64,000 bases of DNA, taken from positions 352,001 through 416,000 of the forward strand of contig CAVVOP010000021.1 in NCBI GenBank assembly GCA_963749915.1, read 5' to 3'. Made by a program: the position numbers and the translations under genes. The DNA is from an uncultured cyanobacterium. Its GTDB lineage: Bacteria > Cyanobacteriota > Cyanobacteriia > Cyanobacteriales > Cyanobacteriaceae. The notes under the pieces are model-generated. The model saw nothing but the letters and a program-made list of their open reading frames with translations, was not told the DNA's origin and did not search any database. Below are positions 55,600 to 64,000 of the stretch, in pieces (position 1 is the first letter of the stretch; every line of letters starts with the position of its first letter).

Positions 55600-56964
55600 A
55601 TGACAACTACTCCTTTAGTTTCTTTACAAGCACCGAAAGATGTTGATTTAGACTACATCGATAGTGAATTAAGACAAATTTGGCAAACTTATACAGGTTC
55701 TGGTGATGGTTTAGCCGCCACGAGGGCTTCTACTTTTAGTTTTTTGGTATATGAACCAGAAGCTACTCAGCCACTACTTTCAGCTCTCGGTTTTTATACC
55801 GGCCCTGTGGATGGTATTGGCGGACCTCGTACTACTTCAGCCATAAAAGCGGCTCAAAAGGCCTATGGTTTAGATATTACTGGGCTTTCTTCTCCCGCAT
55901 TGTTAGCTAAACTGAGGACAGAATTTGAGGCTAAACAAGCCAAGGGTAAAATCCGTTTGGCAGAATTAGCCTCAGTAAAACACTATTCTCCTGATATGGA
56001 GGGTGCAGGAATGGCCGATGCCATCGCCGCTATCAATCCTTGTCGTATTATTACTTTGTCTCCGACTACGGAGGGAGATGAGGGGGTAAAAGCTCAAGTA
56101 TCAGCCTATTGCCCTGTTAATAAACGTTCTGCTAATGCTTTAATTTGTTGTGAGTACATCAACATTACGGGAGTTTCTTCTGCTTTTGAGCGCATTGGAG
56201 GGGTTATCTCTGAGTTGATGATTCCTGATTTACCTAAATTTATGTGGTGGAAAGCTGGTATTGATGAAGAATATTCTCTATTTCAACGATTAGTTAATGA
56301 ATGCGATCGCTTAATTGTCGATTCGAGTATTTTTGTTCAACCAGAAGCTGAGTTATTGAAAATAGGTAAATTATTAAATCGAGATTTACCCCTCACGGAC
56401 TTAAATTGGGCAAGATTATCCCCTTGGCAAGAGTTAACCGCCGAAGCATTTGATCCCCCTGAAAGACGTACTGCTATTTGGGAAGTAGATCAAGTTACCG
56501 TTGACTATGAAAAAGGCAATGTTACCCAAGCCTTAATGTATCTGGGTTGGTTAGCTAGTCGTTTAAATTGGCAACCCACTCAATACAGCTATGAAACCGG
56601 TGATTACAATATTACTAAAGTTAAGTTTCTTACCTCCGAAGGCAAAGAAATTAATACCGAGTTAGCCGGGGTACCGATGGCCGATTGGGGTGAAGTCTTA
56701 GGGGATTTAATCAGCTTAAAACTAACCTCTACTAACCTTAACGCCGATTGCTGCACTGTGCTATGTTCTGAGACGACAGGTTGTATGAGAATGGAGGCTG
56801 GAGGAGGTGCGCAAGCCTGTCGCATTCAACAAGTAACTTCTTTAGCGGATCAAGACACGGAACAATTGTTAAGCAAACAATTACAGAGTTCTGGTAAAGA
56901 TGTTCTCTATCAGGAAAGTATGAAAGTAACAACTCAAATCTTACAATTAGCAATGAACGATTGA
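55600..56964 (+). CDS. opcA: G6PDH assembly/activator protein OpcA with peptidoglycan-binding-like insert
   Basis: Follows zwf; NPCRII, DLNWARLSPWQELTA and GFYTGPVDGIGGPRT. Confidence 0.93.
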   Translation: MTTTPLVSLQAPKDVDLDYIDSELRQIWQTYTGSGDGLAATRASTFSFLVYEPEATQPLLSALGFYTGPVDGIGGPRTTSAIKAAQKAYGLDITGLSSPALLAKLRTEFEAKQAKGKIRLAELASVKHYSPDMEGAGMADAIAAINPCRIITLSPTTEGDEGVKAQVSAYCPVNKRSANALICCEYINITGVSSAFERIGGVISELMIPDLPKFMWWKAGIDEEYSLFQRLVNECDRLIVDSSIFVQPEAELLKIGKLLNRDLPLTDLNWARLSPWQELTAEAFDPPERRTAIWEVDQVTVDYEKGNVTQALMYLGWLASRLNWQPTQYSYETGDYNITKVKFLTSEGKEINTELAGVPMADWGEVLGDLISLKLTSTNLNADCCTVLCSETTGCMRMEAGGGAQACRIQQVTSLADQDTEQLLSKQLQSSGKDVLYQESMKVTTQILQLAMND

Positions 56965-57074
56965 CAATGAACAATTATACTGACTAGAGTCATAATTTAA
57001 TTTTACAAAAAACTATTCCCTCCCAATTTCTTGCCTCTCCCGAAAGTACAACAATTATGAGTTAACAAAATTTC

Positions 57075-59957
57075 ATGACTATGACACAACTTTGGGGCGC
57101 GTTGTTAATTTTATTTGTCTGCCCTATTATTGGGGCAATACCCCTCATTGACTGGTTTACTTATGCCGTCTCCGGGAAACAATTAACAAAACTAGGCACA
57201 GGTAATATTTCCGTGTCGGCGGCTTTTTATCATGGAGGCAAATTGGCAGGAATTTTAGCGGTTTTGTCAGAGGCAGGAAAAGGCATTGCTGTAGTATTAT
57301 TGACAAGGAAGTTTTTTCCTGTCGCCTCAACATGGGAAATCGTCGCCATAATCGCATTAGTAATGGGGCGTTATTGGGTAGGAAAAGGTGCAGGGGCAAC
57401 CAACGTTACTTGGGGTATCATTACTCATAATCCGGTGGCGGCCTTGTTGATTTTTCTTATCGGTAGTGTTAGTTTTACCCTGTGGCGAGAAAAACAGACT
57501 GGAAGAGTCGGAATTTTAGTGTTGATGGTGGTTATTTTATCTGCTCAACGAATTAATGATTTAGAATATATATTTATGACTGTGGCGTTGGCTAGTTTGT
57601 TAATTGGCATTTATCAACGAATGCCTGACGATTTAGAATTACAACCCACGGGTGTCAATCCGGAGTCCGCAAAAATGTTTCGTTTTTTTCGGGGAGATCA
57701 TGGTATTGTCAGTTTAAATGAGTCTTTAAATCCTTCACAAGTAGGTGCTAAAGCAGCCAATTTATCTTTACTCAAAAAATGGGGTTATGATGTGCCTGAT
57801 GGTTGGGTTATCAAAGCCGGAGATGATATTGCTAAACTCACCCAATTTTTACACCCTTCTCCTAGTCGTCCTTTAGTAGTTCGCTCATCGGCATTAGATG
57901 AAGATTCCACTAATGCTTCGGCGGCCGGCATTTATGATAGTTTTTTAAACATTACCGATACTGTCACTTTACAACAGGCCATTGTTAATTGTCTTTCCTC
58001 CTATAATACGCTGACCGCTGTCAATTATCGCCAAAGTAAACAGCAATCCGATAAAGGTATCGCTGTTATTCTTCAACAACAAATTAACGGTATATTTTCA
58101 GGTGTCGCTTTTAGTAGAGATCCCGTTAATCAATTACAAGATTGTGTTTGTATAGAAACCGTTGCGGGGATGGGGTTACAATTGGTCTCAGGAGAAGTTA
58201 CCCCGACACAATATAAAGTTAACTTTCCCGATGAAACCTTAGAAGGAGAAGGGGAAATTCCCCCAGAGGTATTAATTACCATAGCCAAAATTGCCAGAGA
58301 AATTGAAAATATATGTAAGGGAATACCTCAAGATCTAGAATGGACTTATGATGGTGAAAAGATTTGGTTATTACAAACTCGTCCTATAACTACATTACAA
58401 CCTTTATGGACAAGAAAAATCGCTGCTGAAGTCATACCCGGAGTGATAAGACCATTAACATGGTCAATCAATAAACCTCTTACCTGTGGAATTTGGGGTG
58501 ACATTTTTACCATTGTATTAGGAAAAAGAGCCAGAAATGTGGATTTCAGTCAAACCGCAACTTTACACTATCATCGGGCTTATTTTAATGCGACCCTCTT
58601 GGGAGATATTTTTTTGTTAATGGGTTTACCCCCAGAAAGCCTAGAGTTTCTTACCCGTGGCAGTAAGTTTACCAAACCCCCTCTCATGGCAACGGTAAAA
58701 AATTCCCTCGGTTTATGCCGATTGTTACACAAAGAGTTAAAACTAGAAACAGATTTTATCCATGATAATGATAGGTGTTTTGCTCCTATTTTAGACGAAT
58801 TAAAAGACATTAATCCTGATCACTTATCCTTCCAAGAATTATTAAGTAGAATTAATGATATTTTGGAGAGTCTCAAAAAAGCTACGTATTATAGTATTTT
58901 TTCTACCCTTAGTTATGCTTTAAGACAGGGAATTTTAAAAGTTTCTCCCGATGATTTAGATAATGAAAATATCCCCGAAATTGCTTCTTTAAATGCTTTA
59001 AAAAAAATTGCTATTGATACCCGCAAAGTAATATATAACAGTGAATTGCAAACCTTCGATTCTGATAATTATGCTGCTTTTTTTGCCCATTTAGCTGAGT
59101 CTACCGAAGGAGAATCCGTCTTAAATTATCTCGAACAATGGTTAAAAGAATATGGTTATTTAAGTGAAGTTGCTACAGATATTTCTATACCCCGTTGGCG
59201 GGAAGATGCAAGGGAAATGAAGGTTATGTTTACTAAATTTATGGGAGACAGTCAAACTACTTCCATCGCTAAAAAGAAAGTCAGTAAGACTACCTGGCAG
59301 ATAAAAGCAGTACAAAAAAGACTAAATTTAAAAGGAAATGTAACTCGAATTTATTCCCAATTATTAGCAGAATTACGTTACAGTTTTTTGGCCTTAGAAA
59401 AGCAATGGTTACAGAAAAACATTTTAACTAATCAGGGAGATATATTCTTTTTAAACTTTGAAGAAATTACTAACTATATTCAACAAAAAAACCGAGATAT
59501 AAATATTATAGAATTAATTCAACAACGTCAATTTCAGTGGCAAGAAAGCAAAAAAATCACCTCAATTCCTTACTTAATTTATGGTAAAACACCTCAAATG
59601 AGTTTAATATCTAAATATACCCCCCTCTCAGCCTCCTCACGTTTTACCGGTATAGCAGCTAGTGCAGGAATTAGGGAAGGTAAAATCAAAATAGTTTCTA
59701 CTTTAGCACAAGCCAATAATATTAACCGTGATACGATCATTGTGGTACCCCATACTGATTCAGGTTGGACAACTATTATTGCCCAAGCAGGAGGGATCAT
59801 CGCTGAAGTGGGAGGAAAACTATCTCATGGTGCAATTATTGCTAGAGAGTACGAAATTCCGGCGGTAATGGACATTTTTCATGCGACAGAAATATTTTAT
59901 GATGGGCAATTAGTCCGGTTAAATGGTACTAAAGGCACTGTTGAAATTTTAAATTAG
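57075..59957 (+). CDS. PlsY-like membrane domain fused to PEP/pyruvate-dikinase ATP-grasp and phospho-His swivel domains
   Basis: GTGNISVS...EAGKG; GAKAANL, VRSSALDED...SAAG, LQTRPIT; GGKLSHGAIIAREY. Confidence 0.85.
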   Translation: MTMTQLWGALLILFVCPIIGAIPLIDWFTYAVSGKQLTKLGTGNISVSAAFYHGGKLAGILAVLSEAGKGIAVVLLTRKFFPVASTWEIVAIIALVMGRYWVGKGAGATNVTWGIITHNPVAALLIFLIGSVSFTLWREKQTGRVGILVLMVVILSAQRINDLEYIFMTVALASLLIGIYQRMPDDLELQPTGVNPESAKMFRFFRGDHGIVSLNESLNPSQVGAKAANLSLLKKWGYDVPDGWVIKAGDDIAKLTQFLHPSPSRPLVVRSSALDEDSTNASAAGIYDSFLNITDTVTLQQAIVNCLSSYNTLTAVNYRQSKQQSDKGIAVILQQQINGIFSGVAFSRDPVNQLQDCVCIETVAGMGLQLVSGEVTPTQYKVNFPDETLEGEGEIPPEVLITIAKIAREIENICKGIPQDLEWTYDGEKIWLLQTRPITTLQPLWTRKIAAEVIPGVIRPLTWSINKPLTCGIWGDIFTIVLGKRARNVDFSQTATLHYHRAYFNATLLGDIFLLMGLPPESLEFLTRGSKFTKPPLMATVKNSLGLCRLLHKELKLETDFIHDNDRCFAPILDELKDINPDHLSFQELLSRINDILESLKKATYYSIFSTLSYALRQGILKVSPDDLDNENIPEIASLNALKKIAIDTRKVIYNSELQTFDSDNYAAFFAHLAESTEGESVLNYLEQWLKEYGYLSEVATDISIPRWREDAREMKVMFTKFMGDSQTTSIAKKKVSKTTWQIKAVQKRLNLKGNVTRIYSQLLAELRYSFLALEKQWLQKNILTNQGDIFFLNFEEITNYIQQKNRDINIIELIQQRQFQWQESKKITSIPYLIYGKTPQMSLISKYTPLSASSRFTGIAASAGIREGKIKIVSTLAQANNINRDTIIVVPHTDSGWTTIIAQAGGIIAEVGGKLSHGAIIAREYEIPAVMDIFHATEIFYDGQLVRLNGTKGTVEILN

Positions 59958-60044
59958 TATCGCCATTAACAATTAACAATTAACAGTTAATTTATATTTT
60001 TTTATTTATATGCAATACTATAGATTTGACTGAAATGTTAACTT

Positions 60045-60557
60045 ATGAATAAAAGTAATTTTTGTCAATATTTTTTAGTGGTTTTTTTTATAAGTTTTTT
60101 TTCTTTTACTTATAAAAATTATGTTTACAGTCAAGAAATTATCAAAGTAATGAACCCTGACAATCAACATCAATACTTTTTAATATCGAAAATGTCATGG
60201 CAAGAAGCTCAAAATTTAGCAAAAAAAATGGGAGGTAATTTAGTTACTATTAACGATGAAAAAGAGAATCAGTGGTTAGTAGAAACTTTTATTAAACCTG
60301 ACACGAATTTTCTTTGGATTGGCATTCATGATCAAGAAAATGAAGGGGAGTTTATTTGGGTTAGCGGTGAAAAATCAGATTACTGTAATTGGGCTGAAGG
60401 TGAGCCGAATAATAATCCAGAGCAAGGAGGAGAGGACTTCGGAGTTTTAAATGGTTACGCTAATCCTTTTAATCGTCCTGTGGGTACTTGGAGCGATGCG
60501 CCTTTTAATGTTAAACTCGAAGCTATAGTGGAGGTTCCTTTGCTAATTTCGCCTTAA
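60045..60557 (+). CDS. secreted C-type lectin domain protein
   Basis: SWQEAQ...GGNLVTIND, WIG, W..GEPNN and WSD. Confidence 0.85.
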   Translation: MNKSNFCQYFLVVFFISFFSFTYKNYVYSQEIIKVMNPDNQHQYFLISKMSWQEAQNLAKKMGGNLVTINDEKENQWLVETFIKPDTNFLWIGIHDQENEGEFIWVSGEKSDYCNWAEGEPNNNPEQGGEDFGVLNGYANPFNRPVGTWSDAPFNVKLEAIVEVPLLISP

Positions 60558-60606
60558 ATATTAAAGTAATTTACGATCGCTATATTCTGAATCATCCAAT
60601 TATCAT

Positions 60607-61230
60607 CTAATTGGAGTTACCTTTTCTCAATTGCTGATGAAGATGGGCAAGATACCACATATAATCATTTATTTTATAATCCATCGCCTTATTCATATAA
60701 AAAGTCGAATGTTTGTGATCCTTTTCGGCCTCATAATATAAACCAAGATAAAGATTAATATAAAATAAATCTCGAACGTCACGGGTATTAATGGTTTGTA
60801 AAAGACCTTCTGCGGACAATTTCCCTGCAAATAGACGATATATTTGACGCATAAATAAAGGGAAATCATTGTGAATAGGCAATAAACACCCCCTTGCGGA
60901 AGACGCATTTTCTAATTGAGCGACACAAAGATAGTGCCAAAGAGTTTCTTCCACATCCTGAGAATTGACACTCAAATCCAATTCAAATTGTCTTGCACCC
61001 TTAGCATATTTTCCTAAATAATAGTAAGTAATGCCCCTCTGCCACAGATAAGGGGTTAGTTGTGGATTTAATTCCTCTGCCTTGTTAAAATCTTGTAAAG
61101 ATGCGTTGAGTTGCCCTAATTTAAAGTATGTCATTCCCCTATAAATATAAATTCTAGGATCAAAAGGATATATTTTTAATCGTTGATCACACCTACTTAA
61201 ATCTGCCTCTAAAACAATTAGCTCGATCAT
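60607..61230 (-). CDS. TPR protein (NlpI-like)
   Basis: RGMTYFKLG, YLWQRGI and LYLGLYYEA; start uncertain. Confidence 0.8.
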   Translation of the reverse strand: MIELIVLEADLSRCDQRLKIYPFDPRIYIYRGMTYFKLGQLNASLQDFNKAEELNPQLTPYLWQRGITYYYLGKYAKGARQFELDLSVNSQDVEETLWHYLCVAQLENASSARGCLLPIHNDFPLFMRQIYRLFAGKLSAEGLLQTINTRDVRDLFYINLYLGLYYEAEKDHKHSTFYMNKAMDYKINDYMWYLAHLHQQLRKGNSN

Positions 61231-61569
61231 AAAATTTAAATTTAAGGATGAAAAAGAAAATCTTAATCGTCTTCTCAATATAGATTAAGACCAAAAATAT
61301 CAGGAGAGAACAAAAAAATCAGCATACATTGACAATCTGTGTTATGTTCGGCAAGTATTTTGACTTATTTAAAAAATTACTTATGAATAAATACGTAGAT
61401 AAATAAGGGACGTCAATCATTTTAAAATAGTCTGAAAAATCTTTTTTAGAATCAATTATTAGTTGACTGATAATAAAAAGGAAAATGCTGGTATGATTTA
61501 CAAAAAGCAGTATATCATTAAAACAAATTTATAGTTACTACTTATTTGGTGTGCAAGGAGAATATACAA

Positions 61570-63024
61570 ATGAAAGAAATAGATTTAAGCGGAAAGCCGT
61601 TTCATTTTATCGGCATTGGTGGCATTGGAATGTCTGCCTTAGCCTACATTTTAGCCAAAAGACACTTACCTGTATCCGGTTCTGATCTTCGTACTACTCA
61701 CATAACTGAACGTTTAGAATCCTTAGGGGCTCAAATTTTTACCAGTCAAACAGCCGAAAATCTCAAAAAGATAGGGCAATGTCATTCTGGTCCGAGTCTC
61801 CTGGTCCATGGCACGAGAAAAAATAGTAGCCATCAAGCTCAAGTCATTTGTTCTACCGCCATTCATAATAATAATTCTGAATATCAAGGGGCTATCGATC
61901 AAGGTTATCCCGTTTATCACCGATCAGATCTATTAGCGGCGTTGATTAAAGATTATCAGAGTATCGCCGTTGCCGGAACTCATGGTAAAACAACCACTAG
62001 TAGTTTAATAGCTTATATGTTGTTAGAGTGTGGTTTAGATCCCACCGTTATTATCGGGGGAGAAGTCCCAGCATGGGAAGGAAACGCCCGTTTAGGTAAT
62101 GGCCCTTATCTGGTTGCGGAAGCCGATGAGTCGGACGGATCTTTAGTGAAACATCGCCCTCAATTTGGTATCATCACTAATATAGAACTGGACCACCCTG
62201 ATCATTATGAATCTTTAGAACAATTAGTTCATATTTTCCAAGAATTTTGCACTCAATCTAATACCGTTATTGCTTGTATCGATTGCCCTGTAGTTAGGGA
62301 AAACATCAAGGCTAGTCTCACCTATAGTTTAAATCCCGACACCAACGCTAACTATATCGCTAAAAATTTAGTTCATACTCCCTACGGTAGTCAAGGAGAA
62401 ATTTGGGAGAATGGTCATTTCTTAGGTAATATTTCCCTACTATTATCAGGGGATCATAACGTTAGTAATGCTTTAGCCGCGATCGCCTTAGGACGCAAAT
62501 TGGGGTTAGAATTTAAGACCATCGCCCAAGCCTTAAGTACTTTTGAAGGGGCAAAAAGGAGATTTGAGTATAAAGGAACTTATCAAGGAAGCACTTTAAT
62601 CGATGATTATGCTCATCATCCTAGCGAAATCCGTTGTACATTACAAGGTGCGAGAACAAGATTACCTCAATATAAGGCCAAAAGATTGGTAGCAATTTTC
62701 CAACCTCATCGCTACAGTCGCACAGCCACATTTTTGGAAGAATTTGCCCAATGTTTTAGTGAAGCAGACGTGGTAATCTTAACAGATATTTATAGTGCAG
62801 GGGAACAAAACAACACTGGCATAGATGGCAAGAAAGTCGCCGCCACCCTTAAAAAATATCACCCCAAAGTATTTTATCACCCTCACCTTTCAACCATAAC
62901 CGAATTTTTAGCCGACTTTTTACAACCCCAAGACTTAACTCTATTTTTAGGTGCTGGAAATCTTAATCAAATCATACCCCAACTATTAAAACTCAGTCAG
63001 GAATCTTTAGCACAAGCCGCGTAA
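61570..63024 (+). CDS. murC: UDP-N-acetylmuramate--L-alanine ligase
   Basis: GIGGIGMS, GTHGKTTT, EADESD, DDYAHHP and FQPHRY motifs. Confidence 0.97.
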   Translation: MKEIDLSGKPFHFIGIGGIGMSALAYILAKRHLPVSGSDLRTTHITERLESLGAQIFTSQTAENLKKIGQCHSGPSLLVHGTRKNSSHQAQVICSTAIHNNNSEYQGAIDQGYPVYHRSDLLAALIKDYQSIAVAGTHGKTTTSSLIAYMLLECGLDPTVIIGGEVPAWEGNARLGNGPYLVAEADESDGSLVKHRPQFGIITNIELDHPDHYESLEQLVHIFQEFCTQSNTVIACIDCPVVRENIKASLTYSLNPDTNANYIAKNLVHTPYGSQGEIWENGHFLGNISLLLSGDHNVSNALAAIALGRKLGLEFKTIAQALSTFEGAKRRFEYKGTYQGSTLIDDYAHHPSEIRCTLQGARTRLPQYKAKRLVAIFQPHRYSRTATFLEEFAQCFSEADVVILTDIYSAGEQNNTGIDGKKVAATLKKYHPKVFYHPHLSTITEFLADFLQPQDLTLFLGAGNLNQIIPQLLKLSQESLAQAA

Positions 63025-63136
63025 GCAATTAATAATTGACAATTGACAATTGATAACGTGAGGGCGAATGGCATTCTCCAAATAATATCTATTGCCCATT
63101 CCCTGTTATTACTTCTTTGTGATGGAGTGAAATATT

Positions 63137-64000
63137 ATGAAATCTATGCAAACAGACTCGTTAAAAACCCCTATATCCTTGCCCGGCAGTGAATGTCTTA
63201 TCCATCATTCCGTGCCTTTATCTCAATATACTTCTTATCGAGTAGGGGGTAATGCTCAATGGTATGTAGAACCACAGACATGGGACGATATTCAAGCCCT
63301 CTTTGAGTGGGTAGAAAACCAACGAATACCCTTCACTTGTTTGGGTGCTGGTTCAAATTTACTAATAAGTGACGAAGGTATTTCAGGATTGGTCTTGAAT
63401 ACCCGTTATTTCAAAGACTATGCCATAGACGAGGAAAATAATATTGTCACCGTCGGTGCAGGATATTCATTACCAAAACTAGCATGGAAAGCCGCAAAAA
63501 AAGGATGGCAAGGCTTAGATTGGGCGGTGGGCATCCCCGGCACTGTGGGGGGCGCCGTTGTCATGAATGCAGGGGCACATAATAGTTGTATTAGTGATAT
63601 TTTACTCAATGCGGTGGTGGCCTATGGCGATGGTAGTATCAAGATATTGTCACGCACTGACTTAAATTATGCTTATCGTTCATCAAAATTACAAGATCAA
63701 CAAGCATTAGTCTTAAAAGCCAGTTTAGCCTTAAAATCTGGCATGTCAAGGGAAGAAATGCTAAAAATCACCACCGATAACTTTAGAATGCGCAAAAATA
63801 CTCAACCCTATGATAAACCCAGTTGTGGCAGTGTCTTCCGTAATCCTCAACCCAAGACAGCGGGATGGTTGATTGAGCAAGTTGGCTTGAAAGGTTATCA
63901 AATTGGCGGTGCACAGGTTGCCCATCGTCATGCTAATTTCATCATTAATTCTGGTAATGCCACGGCTAAAGATATTTTTAGTTTAATTAATCATGTGCAA
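63137..64000 (+). CDS. murB: UDP-N-acetylenolpyruvoylglucosamine reductase (runs off the window end; absent from the ORF track)
   Basis: Manual translation gives TSYRVGG, GAGSNLL, GIPGTVGGAVVMNAGA, SCGSVFRNP and HANF. Confidence 0.95.
   Translation, partial: MKSMQTDSLKTPISLPGSECLIHHSVPLSQYTSYRVGGNAQWYVEPQTWDDIQALFEWVENQRIPFTCLGAGSNLLISDEGISGLVLNTRYFKDYAIDEENNIVTVGAGYSLPKLAWKAAKKGWQGLDWAVGIPGTVGGAVVMNAGAHNSCISDILLNAVVAYGDGSIKILSRTDLNYAYRSSKLQDQQALVLKASLALKSGMSREEMLKITTDNFRMRKNTQPYDKPSCGSVFRNPQPKTAGWLIEQVGLKGYQIGGAQVAHRHANFIINSGNATAKDIFSLINHVQ

Noticed and set aside
1768..63609. Numerous 60-120 aa antisense or overlapping ORFs in the track (e.g. 4364, 13673, 47407, 51064, 63418)
   Set aside because: Shadows of well-supported genes, with no recognisable motifs.

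Overview
AT-rich cyanobacterial chromosome segment (psbB-psbT, opcA, many HIP1 GCGATCGC octamers; gene style suggests a Cyanobacterium/Geminocystis-like chroococcalean, by inference). Housekeeping flanks: 1-14.5 kb (kinase/GAF/PAS/GGDEF, ubiA, coaX, tRNA-Thr, CAAD-containing valS, frr-pyrH, ferredoxin, ribE, cobA-like/hemD, tRNA-Gly, cyclophilin) and 39.6-64 kb (pyrD, menB, cobA, rpsD, mscS, rps1, nrdR, psbT-psbB, zwf-opcA, PlsY-dikinase fusion, murC-murB). Between them lies a ~25 kb decaying accessory island (about 14.5-39.6 kb). It holds three IS1634 copies, IS4, IS5, IS605/tnpB, IS982, IS1182 and ISAs1 remnants, MITEs, many toxin-antitoxin modules (several toxins destroyed), an intact SNF2 + SWIM pair, and a large DEAH/DUF1998-type helicase-nuclease split and inverted by IS1634 (inverted 7-bp target duplication visible). 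Notable signals: the reconstructable inversion; a rearrangement junction ending exactly at a HIP1 site; 21-25 nt GNA-minihairpin elements inserted into HIP1 sites, one apparently translated inside ValRS; an orphan TnpB omegaRNA-like right end downstream of tRNA-Gly; a structured 112-bp tandem repeat between SNF2 and SWIM; a Tn3-like 38-bp-IR miniature element; and a degenerate PlsY fused to a dikinase. All family assignments come from motif recognition, not database searches.
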